64,000 nucleotides of DNA from an uncultured Acidimicrobiaceae bacterium (GTDB lineage Bacteria > Actinomycetota > Acidimicrobiia > Acidimicrobiales > RAAP-2), in contig CAVTOF010000003.1 in NCBI GenBank assembly GCA_963736225.1, forward strand, positions 249,901 through 313,900, in the 5' to 3' direction. Shown here one piece after another: positions 8,951-18,503 of this stretch (within the stretch, counting starts at the first letter, position 1; every line of letters begins with the position of its first letter). The notes under the pieces are model-generated. The model saw only the letters and a list, made by a program, of their open reading frames with translations. It ran no database searches and was not told the DNA's origin. A program made the position numbers and the translations under genes.

Positions 8951-10586
8951 ATGCCGGGCACGGGAACGGGGACGTGGCGGGCGAGTCGCCGTGCCGTCCT
9001 GGCCGTCGCCGGCTTGCTCGTCGTTGGCGCGCTCCTTGTCGCGCCGCCGGGCCGGCCGGGAAAAACGACCGGGCGTGCGGGCGCGGCAGGAAACGACCAC
9101 GGCCACCGACTCCACCTACGCGATCGTCGACGCGTCGGGTGGCGTCATGACCTTCGGCGGGGCGGGCTACGACGGCGACGCCATCGAGGAACCGCTGCAA
9201 AAGCCGATCGTCGGGAGCGCGGCGGACCCGGCGGGCGGGTACTGGCTGGTTGCGTCCGACGGCGGCATCTTCACCTTCGGCAACGCAGGGTTCTGGGGAT
9301 CGGCAGGCAGCCTCCCGCTCGACAAGCCTGTGGTCGGCATGGCGCCGACGCCCGACGGCGGCGGGTACTGGCTGGTCGCTTCCGACGGGGGCGTCTTCGC
9401 CTACGGCGACGCGCAGTTCTTCGGCTCGACCGGCGGCATGGCGCTCAACAAGCCGATCGTCGGCATGGCGGCCACACCCGACGGCGGGGGGTACTGGCTC
9501 GTCGCGTCCGACGGCGGCATCTTCGCCTTCGGCGACGCCCGCTTCCTCGGCTCGACCGGGAGCCTGGTGCTCAACAAGCCCGTCGTCGGCATGGCGGCCA
9601 CGTCCGACGGCGGCGGGTACTGGCTGGTCGCGTCCGACGGGGGCATCTTCACCTTCGGCGACGCGCCCTTCCTGGGCTCGACCGGGAGCCTGGTGCTCAA
9701 CAAGCCCGTCGTCGGCATGGCGCCGACGCCCGACGGCGGCGGGTACTGGCTGGTCGGGCAGGACGCCGGGGTCTTCACCTTCGGCGACGCCGGGTTCTCG
9801 GGGAGCGCCCAGTCGCCGCTCCACCCACCGCTGTTCCCCCAGCCGCTCTCCTCACCGATCCCGCCCGTGGTGAGCATCATGAACGACACCCCCGGGCCGC
9901 AGGCCACCCACCAGAACGGCCTGCGCGTCGCCTTCGCGGGCGACTCTTTGTCCCTCTACGAAGGGCACTACATCCAGGGGACGGCCCCGCCCTACTTCGT
10001 CGACGACGGTGCCGCGGCCGGATGCGGTTTCACCGACGGCGCGCCGACGTTGCCCTGGTCCGATCCGACGCATCCATACGTCAGCCCGGCGGCCTGCACG
10101 CTCTGGGCGTCCCAGCTCCAGTGGCTCGTCTCGCGCTTCCACCCCGACGTGACGGTGATCCAGACCGGGTACTGGGAGACGCAGGACCGCCTGTACGACG
10201 GGAGCTACCAGTCGCTGGCCGACGCCGACTACTCGGCCTTCATCGAGTCGAACCTGGCCCAGGCGGTACAGATCGCCCACTCCGACGGCGGCGCCGTCAT
10301 CCTCTCCACCTCGCCGTACTTCGACGACGGGACGCCCTTCAACCTGGTCAGCGCCTACAACCAGATCGTCGAGGGCGTGGCCGCCCAGTTCCCCTACGTC
10401 TCCATCGACGACCTCTACACCGTGCTCGACCCGAACGGGACCTACGCCTCGGTGGTGGACGGGATCCAGGCCCGGGCGGCCGACGGGGTGCACATCACCC
10501 AGGCGGCGGTGGACAACCTCATCGAGCCGGCCCTGAACCAGATCATCGCCAACGTGGCCGGGCCCGTCTACGCCGGCACCTCCTGA
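8951..10586 (+). pseudogene. Secreted protein: signal peptide, six ~40-aa GGYWLVASDGG repeats, then an SGNH/GDSL hydrolase domain; one frame break between about 9040 and 9100
   Basis: The signal peptide MPGTGTGTWRASRRAVLAVAGLLVVGALLVAPP starts at ATG 8951, in the frame of ORF 8777. The remainder is in ORF 8991..10586. GDS block: VAFAGDSLS. DxxH block: ADGVHIT. TACAAT at 8936..8941 could be a -10 box for a near-leaderless transcript (weak). Confidence 0.75.
9111..9816 (+). repeat. Six tandem in-frame ~120-nt (40-aa) coding repeats
   Basis: Units such as GGGYWLVASDGGIFTFGDAPFLGSTGSLVLNKPVVGMAPTPD recur with 40-residue period. The same periodicity produces repetitive shadow ORFs in the other frames (8949..9824, 9250..9873, 9401..9907). 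Confidence 0.9.
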
Positions 10587-10589
10587 ACG

Positions 10590-10608
10590 GCCCCCCAGAT
10601 TCGGGGGT
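10590..10608 (+). terminator. Possible hairpin terminator after the SGNH gene (no U-tract)
   Basis: CCCCC-AGAUUC-GGGGG begins 5 nt after the TGA at 10584..10586. The stem is short and there is no T-run, so support is weak. Confidence 0.3.
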
Positions 10609-10853
10609 GCGACGACCCGCAGCCGGCCGGTGCCCGGCCGCGATGGGACCCCGAGGAAGCCCGGACCGACCCGGCCACCCCCGTTGAAGGCCAGCTGACA
10701 CGGTAGAAACGCCTGCCGGGACCGCGCGACCCCGCAGGCAGGGCCCCTCCCCCGCCAGGCGGGCGCCCCATCTCAAGTCAGGCTCAATTCCTGCCGACAT
10801 CTTCCCCGTGCAATCAGAGGGCGCTGGGGCCACTCGAGAGCGCGCGACGACCG

Positions 10854-13553
10854 GTGGGCTCCATGGATTCGACCAAGGTTCTTGACGACGGGACCGTCCC
10901 CCGCCCCCAGCCGTCCCCAACCGCCTCGGTAGCGCCCGAGGGGGAAGCCGCGGACGCCGCTGGAACTCCGGAGCGGCCCCGCTGGGCGAGCGCCGCCATC
11001 GTCGCCTATTCGTCCGCGCTCGCCCTCGGCGCCGTCGCCCTGCTGATCTGGGGCCCCCTCGACGGAGCGTCGGCCATCAAGACCCTCATTCCGCAAGGAG
11101 AGATGTTCGCCGCCTTCTGCGTGCTCTGGGCGGCTGCGAACTGGGCCACGGTGTCGGTGCACCATCGCGGCAACACGGGCATGATCGCCCTCGACGGGAT
11201 CCCGCTCGTCATCGGACTCGTCTTCCTTCGACCCTCCTTGCTCGTGCTGGGGTGCGCCATCAGCGAGACCATCGTCTTCGTCGTGGTCCACCGGTCGCCG
11301 TTGATCAGGGTCTTCTTCAACACCGCGTCGACCATCTTGTCGGTGGCCGTGGCGACGGTCGTCTTCCGGGAGCTCCTGGCAGGACACAGTCCGGTGAGTC
11401 TGCGCGGATGGGCGGCCATCGCAGTCGCCGTCTGCACGAAGGAGCTGCTCGCGACCTTCAACTTCCAGGTCGTGACCAGACTGAACGGCCAAGCCCCCGA
11501 GGGGCGGACCGGATCGCAGATCACAACCCACCTGATGTTCCTGGCCGCCGCGATCTGCCTGGCCATCGTCGTGCTCGACGCGCTCTGGTTCAGCTTGCGG
11601 GCGACGGTCCCGCTGGTGCTTGTCGCGGCCCTGATCATCACGTCGTACCGGGGCTACACCCGGCTCACCCTCCGCTTCGGATCGCTCCAGCGCCTCTATG
11701 ACTTCAGCCGCGCCCTCGGCACCGCGAACCTCGAACCGTCTTCGATGAGCGTGGAGGTCCTCCGCCAGGTCTGCACCGTCATGCGCGCCCGGCGGGCCCA
11801 GCTCATCCTCGCCGAGCCGTCGGGACTGCCACGCCGTATCTGCCTCAATGACGACGTTCCCTCGGAGGTGGAGCTCATCAACCTCGACGACACGTCGTTC
11901 ATCACGCAGGCCATCAGCTCGAGCGTCTCGTCCCTGCACATCAGTCCGAATGCCCGACAGCACGCGACGGCGCACGACCCCCTGATCGGCGAGTACACGG
12001 CGGCCATCGTGGCGCCCATCGTGAACCAGAACACGACGATCGGCGCGATCGTCGCCATCGACCGCGACGAGGAGAGCGACGAATTCGATCAGGACGATCT
12101 CAGCCTCTTCGACGCGCTCGTGGCGCACGCCAGCTCCAACCTCGAGCGGGCGCGCCTGGTGGAGGAGTTGCGTTACGAAGTCGAGAGCAAGTCACACCAG
12201 GCGACGCACGACATGCTCACCGGCCTTCCGAACCGGATCCTCTTTGTGACCCGGGCCACGGAGACGCTGGCACAGACCAAGGCGGTCGCCATCGTCCTCT
12301 TGGACCTCGACCGCTTCAAAGAGGTGAACGACACCCTCGGCCATGCCATCGGCGACCGGCTTCTGTGTGAGGTCGCCGACCGGCTTCTGCGCGGACTCCC
12401 GAGCAACGTCACCGTGGCGCGGCTCGGCGGTGACGAATTCGCGTTCGTGATTCCCGACGTCGTCGACGCGGCGTCAGCCCTCGAGCGCGTCAACGAGCTG
12501 CACGCGTTGCTGGCGCGGCCCATCGAGATCGACGGCCTGACCCACGCCGTCTCGGCCAGTGCCGGCATCGCCTTGGCGCCGATGCACGGGGACGACGTGG
12601 CGCTGCTGCTGCAGCGAGCCGACATCGCCATGTACCTGGCCAAGGAGCGGCGGAGCGTGGCCGAGCTGTACTCCGTGGAGCACGACACGAGCATGCGGCG
12701 CAAGCTGATGCTGAGCGGGCTGCTCACCCAGGCCCTCGAGTCAAAGTCCCAACTCAGCGTGGTCTACCAGCCGGTCGCCGACGTGCGAAGCCGCAAGGTC
12801 ATCCAAGTCGAGGCATTGTCGCGCTGGTTCCACCCCGACCACGGCCCCATCCCACCCGACGAGTTCATCGCCATCGCCGAGCAGATGGGCATGATCAATC
12901 AAATCAGCGACTTCGTGCTGTCCGAGGCGTGCGCGGCCGCAGCCGACTGGCGGCGGGCGGGCCTCGATCTGAATGTCGCCATCAACGTGTCAGGCCGCGA
13001 GCTGCTCGATGGCAAGCTCGTCGACCGGGTCAAAGAACCGCTGCGGGCGAACGGTCTCCCCGCCAGCGCCATCACGCTCGAAGTCACTGAGACCGAAGCG
13101 ATGGCCGACCCCATTCAGGCGACGCGCATCCTCGAGGAGCTGGCGTCGCTCGGTGTCTCCATCGCCATCGACGACTACGGCACGGGCCACTCCTCGCTGA
13201 CGTACCTGCATTCCCTGCCGGCCAAGAAGCTCAAAATCGACCGGTCCTTCGTCACCAATCTCCCGAACGAGCACAGCAACAAGGTGATCGTCCATGCCAC
13301 GATCGAGATGGCCCATCGACTCGGCCTCACCGTCGTGGCGGAGGGAGCCGAGGACGACGTGACGTGCGCCTTGCTGGCAGATGCGGGCTGCGACCTGATC
13401 CAGGGCTACTACCTCTCGAAGCCGCGGCCACCCGACGACTTGAAGGCCTGGCTCCTCGGCGGCGCCATGCTCGAGTTCACTCCGCTTCGCAAGGATGACC
13501 CGGGCGTGGAGGATTCCATGCGCCTCTCCGACCAGTTCCGCACCATGGTCTAA
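10854..13553 (+). CDS. Membrane-anchored GAF-GGDEF-EAL protein (diguanylate cyclase/phosphodiesterase)
   Basis: Multiple N-terminal TM helices. GGDEF motif: RLGGDEFAF. EAL motifs: QVEALSRW and DDYGTGHSSLTYL. The start could also be ATG 10863. Confidence 0.92.
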   Translation: MGSMDSTKVLDDGTVPRPQPSPTASVAPEGEAADAAGTPERPRWASAAIVAYSSALALGAVALLIWGPLDGASAIKTLIPQGEMFAAFCVLWAAANWATVSVHHRGNTGMIALDGIPLVIGLVFLRPSLLVLGCAISETIVFVVVHRSPLIRVFFNTASTILSVAVATVVFRELLAGHSPVSLRGWAAIAVAVCTKELLATFNFQVVTRLNGQAPEGRTGSQITTHLMFLAAAICLAIVVLDALWFSLRATVPLVLVAALIITSYRGYTRLTLRFGSLQRLYDFSRALGTANLEPSSMSVEVLRQVCTVMRARRAQLILAEPSGLPRRICLNDDVPSEVELINLDDTSFITQAISSSVSSLHISPNARQHATAHDPLIGEYTAAIVAPIVNQNTTIGAIVAIDRDEESDEFDQDDLSLFDALVAHASSNLERARLVEELRYEVESKSHQATHDMLTGLPNRILFVTRATETLAQTKAVAIVLLDLDRFKEVNDTLGHAIGDRLLCEVADRLLRGLPSNVTVARLGGDEFAFVIPDVVDAASALERVNELHALLARPIEIDGLTHAVSASAGIALAPMHGDDVALLLQRADIAMYLAKERRSVAELYSVEHDTSMRRKLMLSGLLTQALESKSQLSVVYQPVADVRSRKVIQVEALSRWFHPDHGPIPPDEFIAIAEQMGMINQISDFVLSEACAAAADWRRAGLDLNVAINVSGRELLDGKLVDRVKEPLRANGLPASAITLEVTETEAMADPIQATRILEELASLGVSIAIDDYGTGHSSLTYLHSLPAKKLKIDRSFVTNLPNEHSNKVIVHATIEMAHRLGLTVVAEGAEDDVTCALLADAGCDLIQGYYLSKPRPPDDLKAWLLGGAMLEFTPLRKDDPGVEDSMRLSDQFRTMV

Positions 13554-14302
13554 GGCTTCCGCCCACTCCCACCACCGCCAGCGCCCGCCCGACCCGATTG
13601 GCGCGGGCCGACCCGGCGCGAACCGTCCGAATCTCTCGAGGCTCCGCTCTGCACTGCCACCTGGCGCTCTGCGCGGGGCCACCGGCCAAGGGGCACAGTC
13701 GTCCCGGGTGATCCGAGTCACCTGATCGAGGCGTCACGCCGGGCCCGCCTCGGCGCCCGTCCACTGCAACCCGCTTCCGTTCCTGGACACTGGGGTTGCA
13801 ACGTCCAGCCAGGACCTTTGCCGCGCCTCTGATCAACGGTCGCGCAAACTTCGGTTGCGAACCGGTTGCAGTTGGGCAAAACTTGTGGATAGGGAACGGA
13901 GAGGTGCCGCCATGCGCAACGGAGCAGAGCCTCCCCCAGATCCCTTCGGTACCGAGAGCGAGGGAGGTGGCGCGATGAGGTGGAAGTAAATCGAACGACG
14001 GGTAAGGCGGTCAAACAGGCCTAATCCGTCATGGCTTCGCGGCCCGTAGGGCCGCTGCTACTTGTACAACGGCATCGCTCCATCCTCGACATCCCTCGAG
14101 GATCTGCGCTGTCAGTATCGACACGGCGGGGCGCCGCCTTTAGCGGTGCGTGGCATCGCGAGGGCGGGCCCCTCCGTTGTCGAGTCAGGCGTGTGCAGTG
14201 CTCTGGAGTTGCAACTCTTCCGTACGCGGCTCTGCCGGTGTATCACTCACCGCCGGTCATGGGGCGTGCGATTCTGTCCGCCGTGAACGGCGGTAACCCG
14301 AG

Positions 14303-15595
14303 GTGAGACAGCGGCGCGTCGCCGGACATCGGCGGCGGCTCGGCGCCTCGTTCGCCCGCATGTGGTCCGGCTTCGCGCTCGCCAGCTCGGGCGACGGGCT
14401 CGCCTATGGCGCCGTTCCCCTGCTGGCCGTGTTCGTCGATCCCCACCCCTTCGCCGTGTCGACGGTCGCGGCCGCCGACACGTTGCCATGGCTGCTCTTG
14501 GCGGTGCCTGCCGGCCACTTGGCCGATCGCGCCGATCGGAGCCGCGTCATCGCCGTCACCAACGCACTGCGGGCCATCGCCATGCTCGGCGCCGCTGCGT
14601 TGATCGTGCACTACCGGATCTCACTGGCGTTCCTCATCGTCATCGTGCTGCTCAATGCCAGTGGTCGCGCCATCTACTACTCCTCGGTGCAGGCGATGGC
14701 GCCCGGCTTCGTCGACAGCCGCGACCTCGAGCAGGCGAATGGAATTCTCAGCGGCACCGAAGCGGGCACCGAGAACCTCGCGGGCCCTGTTGTCGGAACC
14801 ATGCTCTTCTCGGCGGCCAAGTCGTTGCCGTTCGTCGTCGACGGCTTCATGCTCGTGGCATCGTGCATCCCCTTCGTCGGGTTTCGCCCGAAGGAAGCGA
14901 CGCCGGAGGAGGCGGCGCCTGAGGACGCTGCGCCCGCGTCGTCTCCCTCCATGGTCGAAGGCGTCCGGCTCTTGTTCGCGGACCGGCGATTGCGCGTGCT
15001 GCTGTTCCTGGTGGCCTCGCTGGCGGGGCTGCAGGGAATGGAGGGCGGGGTGCTGGTGCTCCTGGCCACCACGAAATGGGGCATTCCCGAGAGCGCCTAT
15101 GGCGTCTTCCTGGCGGCGGGAGCCGCCGGCGCCCTCCTCGGCAGCTTCCTCGCGGACAGCATCGCACGGCGCTTCGGCGGGGCGCGAGCGCTCATCGCCG
15201 CCGCCACGGCGTCGGGGGTCGGATACCTCGTGATGGCGTCGGCGACGAGCTGGGAGCTGGCTGGGCCGGCGTTCGCGCTCGTGGGGCTCGCCGTCGGCAT
15301 CGGGTCCGTCGTCGCCATGTCCCTTCGACAACGTATGACCCCGGACGATTTGATGGGCCGGGTAGGCGGCGCCTGGCGTGGACTCGTCTGGGGAGCAGCG
15401 CCCATCGGCGCGCTGGCGGCCGGTGGCATCGCCGGAGCGTGGGGCCTCAGAGTGCCGCTCGTGATCGCGGGCATCGCGCAGTGCGCCATCGCCCTCGTTC
15501 TGGCTCGACCGCTCCTCAAGAGCATTGAGGACACTCGCCGTACCCGCCGGCTCAACCCCCGCGCGCGCTCGTCCCCCGAGCAGACCGTGCCGTGA
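14303..15595 (+). CDS. MFS transporter (MFS_3 / EntS-like)
   Basis: About 12 hydrophobic segments. The N-terminus RRLGASFARMWSGFALASSGDGL is typical of this MFS subfamily. GTG start; 4-nt overlap with the next gene. Confidence 0.85.
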   Translation: MRQRRVAGHRRRLGASFARMWSGFALASSGDGLAYGAVPLLAVFVDPHPFAVSTVAAADTLPWLLLAVPAGHLADRADRSRVIAVTNALRAIAMLGAAALIVHYRISLAFLIVIVLLNASGRAIYYSSVQAMAPGFVDSRDLEQANGILSGTEAGTENLAGPVVGTMLFSAAKSLPFVVDGFMLVASCIPFVGFRPKEATPEEAAPEDAAPASSPSMVEGVRLLFADRRLRVLLFLVASLAGLQGMEGGVLVLLATTKWGIPESAYGVFLAAGAAGALLGSFLADSIARRFGGARALIAAATASGVGYLVMASATSWELAGPAFALVGLAVGIGSVVAMSLRQRMTPDDLMGRVGGAWRGLVWGAAPIGALAAGGIAGAWGLRVPLVIAGIAQCAIALVLARPLLKSIEDTRRTRRLNPRARSSPEQTVP

Positions 15596-16281
15596 CACCC
15601 GTCGCCATCGCGCACCGCGGCGATCCGGTGCGCGAGCGGGAGAACACCCTGCCGGCGTTCGCCGCCGCGGCCGCGCTGGAGGCCGACATGCTCGAGTTGG
15701 ACCTGCGTCGCACGCGCGACGGGGAGATCGTGGTCCTGCACGACCAGACGCTCGAGCGCCTGTGGGGCGTCGAGGCATCGATCGGGGATCTGGACTGGCC
15801 CGACGTGGCCGCGCTCGGTAAGGGGGCGGTCCGCATCCCGCTCCTGCGCGACGTCCTGGCGCACGTGACGCTGCCTCTCATGGTCGACTTCACCCGCCGG
15901 GAGGTGGTCCCCGGCGCCCTGTCGGCGGTCCGGGAGGCGGGGGCGCTCGAGCGCTCGCTCTTCGTCACGGGCAACGTGGCGGCGCTCCGGATGCTCCGGG
16001 AGCTCTCGCCCGAGGCGCGACTCGGGCTGACCTGGACGGAGGGCACCCGGCCACCGCTGGAGCTGTTGGCCGAGCTCCGCGCCGAGTACTGGAACCCGAT
16101 GTTCGCGTTCGTCACCGCCGAAGGCGTGGCCCGCGTGCACGAGGCGGGACGCTCGGTGTCGACCTGGACGGTGGACACCGAGGAGGACATGACCCGCATG
16201 GTGGCGGCCGGTGTCGATGCCCTCGTCAGCAACCAGGTGGGGCCCCTGGTCGAGTTCCTCCGGCGTTCACGCGCGCGCTAG
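15592..16281 (+). CDS. Glycerophosphodiester phosphodiesterase family protein
   Basis: IAHRGDPVRERENTLPAF and LELDLRRTRDGEIVVLHD are GDPD signatures. Confidence 0.85.
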   Translation: MTPVAIAHRGDPVRERENTLPAFAAAAALEADMLELDLRRTRDGEIVVLHDQTLERLWGVEASIGDLDWPDVAALGKGAVRIPLLRDVLAHVTLPLMVDFTRREVVPGALSAVREAGALERSLFVTGNVAALRMLRELSPEARLGLTWTEGTRPPLELLAELRAEYWNPMFAFVTAEGVARVHEAGRSVSTWTVDTEEDMTRMVAAGVDALVSNQVGPLVEFLRRSRAR

Positions 16282-16574
16282 CCCCAGTAGCGGCCGACTT
16301 CCCTGTTGTCCACGTACGCGATGCAGTGCTGCGGGTGGAACCCACCCAAGAAGCCTTGCCGGGTCTTCTCGATGACGACGTCGTGACGTTCTGTCTCGCC
16401 GACGGTGAGCTCGTACCGCTCCTTAGTCGTGGCGCTGAACAGCTTGAGCTTCTTGACGACCGGCTGGTCGTCGACCGAGATCGTGAGCGGCCCGAGCGTG
16501 CGGTTGAACCGGAAGCCGACCTTGTGCCGTTCCTCTTCGCCGACCTCGAAACGGAACTCAAGCACCTGCCACAT
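16278..16574 (-). CDS. Hypothetical small protein (98 aa)
   Basis: ATG 16574 is preceded by GGAAGGGAG at good spacing. The sequence is non-repetitive (MWQVLEFRFEVGEEERHKVGFRF..IAYVDNREVGRYWG). No family recognised. The upstream part of ORF 16278..16724 is Arg/Pro-rich and probably not coding. Confidence 0.55.
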   Translation of the reverse strand: MWQVLEFRFEVGEEERHKVGFRFNRTLGPLTISVDDQPVVKKLKLFSATTKERYELTVGETERHDVVIEKTRQGFLGGFHPQHCIAYVDNREVGRYWG

Positions 16575-16820
16575 CGTGATCGCTCCCTTCCTCTGGCCCG
16601 TCGTGGGACCAGCGACGTCCGGCGTCCGTTGCCGCGGCCGGTGCCGAGCGGGGGCGGGGGCCGAAGCCGGGCGCGACGGGTCGCCTTCGAGCAGCAGTAT
16701 GCGCCTGCGCACTGGCAGACGCATGCGACGAAAGGACTATTTCAGCGGGAGCGGCGGGCGACTCGGACCACGCTCGACGGCGCTCGAACACCGCCGAGCG
16801 CCGAGCGCCGAGCGCATCGC

Positions 16821-18503
16821 CTAGACCATGAGGACGACGGGCACGATCATGGGGCGCCGCTTGGTGCGCTCCCCGACGAACTTGCCGAGGGCTTTGCGGG
16901 TGTGGCGGCTCAGGACCTCGATGTCGTGGGCACCCTCGCGCAAGGCCTGCGTCACCGCGGCCCCTACGACCTCGCTGGCCTCTTCGAGGAGCTCTTCGGC
17001 CTCGGGGGCGTATACCCAGCCGCGGGTCTCGATCACCGGGGGGCAACTCAGCTTGCTCTGCTGGCGGTCGACCGTGACCACGGCCATGACGACACCCTCC
17101 TCGGCCAACTTCTGGCGGTCGCGCAACACCCCGTGCTCGATGTCGCCGACGGTCCCGTCCACGTAGACGTAGCCAGCGGGGACGCGACCGTCGCGCGCGA
17201 TGCCCTTGGCATCGAGCTGAATGACGTCTCCGTCCTCGCACAGCAGGACCTTGGCCGGGTCGACGCCCATCGACAGCGCCAGGCGGGCGTGATGCACCAT
17301 GTGGCGGTACTCGCCGTGCACCGGCACGAAGCACTCGGGCTCGGTCACCGCAATGAGCGTGCGCAGCTCACCCTGGCGGGCGTGTCCGCTCACGTGGACC
17401 GCCTCGGCGCTCGAATGGACGACCTCGGCACCTCGGCGGTACAGGTCGTCGATCACCTGGCCGACTGACCACTCGTTGCCGGGGATCGGATGGGCGCTGA
17501 TGACCACGACGTCGTCGTCGCCGATACGCAACCACTTGTTCTCACCGGTGGCCATGAGCGACAGCGCCGACATCGGCTCGCCCTGGGACCCGGTGGAGAT
17601 CACGCACACCTCTCCCGCCGGGAGGTCGTCGACGTCCTCGATGTCGACCTGGACTCCATCGGGAATGCTGATGATGCCCAAGCGCGTGCCGAGCTCGACG
17701 TTCTTGCCCATGGACCGGCCGAGCGTTGCCACCTTGCGCCCGTTGGCCACGGCAGCGTCAATGATCTGCTGGACCCGGTGCATGTGGCTGGCGAAGCACG
17801 CCACCACGAGACGCTTCCCCGTCTGGGCGGCGAAGACACGGCGCAGCGTCACGCCGACCGAGGACTCCGACTCGGTGAAGCCCGGTTCCTCGGCGTTGGT
17901 CGAGTCCGAGAGCAGCAGTCGGATCCCCTCGGTGCTGGCCAGCTCACCCATGCGGGGCAAGTCGGTGCGCCGGCCGTCGACCGGCTGCAGGTCGAGCTTG
18001 AAGTCGCCCGAGTGGAGGATCACCCCCTGGGGCGTATGGAACGCGATGGCCATCGATTCGGGCACCGAGTGCGTGACCGGGATGAACTCGACGTCGCACG
18101 CCCCGATGCGCACCCGCTCGCCGTCCTTCACCGTGACCATGCGGCTGCGCTCCCCGAGCCCCGCCTCCTCGATGCGGTGCCGAGCCAGACCGACGGTCAG
18201 TTCCGACCCGTAGATCGGCGACTGGAGCTCGCGCAGCAGGTAGGCCAGGCCGCCGGTGTGGTCCTCGTGCCCGTGCGTGAGCACGATCCCGTCCACCCGG
18301 TCCTTGCGCTCAAAGAGGTACGTGAACTCGGGGAGCACCAGGTCGATGCCCGGCATGTCGGGATCGGGAAACATGATTCCGCAGTCGAGGACGATGATCC
18401 GCCCTTCCACCTCGATGCAGGCGCAGTTGCGGCCGATCTCGCCCAGCCCTCCGAGGAAGACCACCCGGACGGGCTTCGGTTTGGACCGCCTGTTTTCAGC
18501 CAA
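16821..18503 (-). CDS. rnj: Ribonuclease J
   Basis: Metallo-beta-lactamase motif HGHEDHTGG plus beta-CASP/RNase J architecture, 560 aa, TTG start. It lies downstream of dapA, as in other Actinomycetota. Confidence 0.93.
   Translation of the reverse strand: MAENRRSKPKPVRVVFLGGLGEIGRNCACIEVEGRIIVLDCGIMFPDPDMPGIDLVLPEFTYLFERKDRVDGIVLTHGHEDHTGGLAYLLRELQSPIYGSELTVGLARHRIEEAGLGERSRMVTVKDGERVRIGACDVEFIPVTHSVPESMAIAFHTPQGVILHSGDFKLDLQPVDGRRTDLPRMGELASTEGIRLLLSDSTNAEEPGFTESESSVGVTLRRVFAAQTGKRLVVACFASHMHRVQQIIDAAVANGRKVATLGRSMGKNVELGTRLGIISIPDGVQVDIEDVDDLPAGEVCVISTGSQGEPMSALSLMATGENKWLRIGDDDVVVISAHPIPGNEWSVGQVIDDLYRRGAEVVHSSAEAVHVSGHARQGELRTLIAVTEPECFVPVHGEYRHMVHHARLALSMGVDPAKVLLCEDGDVIQLDAKGIARDGRVPAGYVYVDGTVGDIEHGVLRDRQKLAEEGVVMAVVTVDRQQSKLSCPPVIETRGWVYAPEAEELLEEASEVVGAAVTQALREGAHDIEVLSRHTRKALGKFVGERTKRRPMIVPVVLMV

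Noticed and set aside
9111-9816. Regular 120-nt periodic repeats (also 54149..54898) as a possible CRISPR-like or satellite array
   Set aside because: The units are contiguous with no unique spacers, are in frame, and encode a conserved 40-aa protein repeat inside long ORFs. There are no cas genes in the window.
13554-14302. tmRNA, RNase P RNA, tRNA, SRP RNA or group II intron in the large non-coding gap
   Set aside because: On either strand I found none of the hallmark strings: GAGGAAAGUCCGG / ACAGAAxCCGGC for RNase P, GGUUCGAxUCC..CCACCA for the tmRNA/tRNA 3' end, a GUGCG 5' end with a domain V GAGCCGUAU..ACGUACGGUUC, or an RT ORF. The region is kept only as an unassigned structured region.
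14270-14312. Resemblance of ..GGUAACCCGAGGUGAGACAGCGGCGC.. to the guanidine-III (ykkC-III) riboswitch core ..GUACCCGGUCAGGACAAGACGGCGC..
   Set aside because: The two pseudoknot helices of that class cannot be formed here: there is no CCGG/CCGG P1 and no GCGCCG partner for CGGCGC in the right place. The segment overlaps the MFS start codon, and the downstream gene is not an SMR/guanidine exporter type.
16690-16820. Hairpin AUGCG-CCUGC..GCAG-ACGCAU (about 16699..16729) and the cgccgagcg x3 repeat after the rnj stop as a defined terminator or regulatory element
   Set aside because: The stem is interrupted and has no U-tract, and the repeat is only 27 nt. Either could be chance in GC-rich spacer, so neither is annotated.
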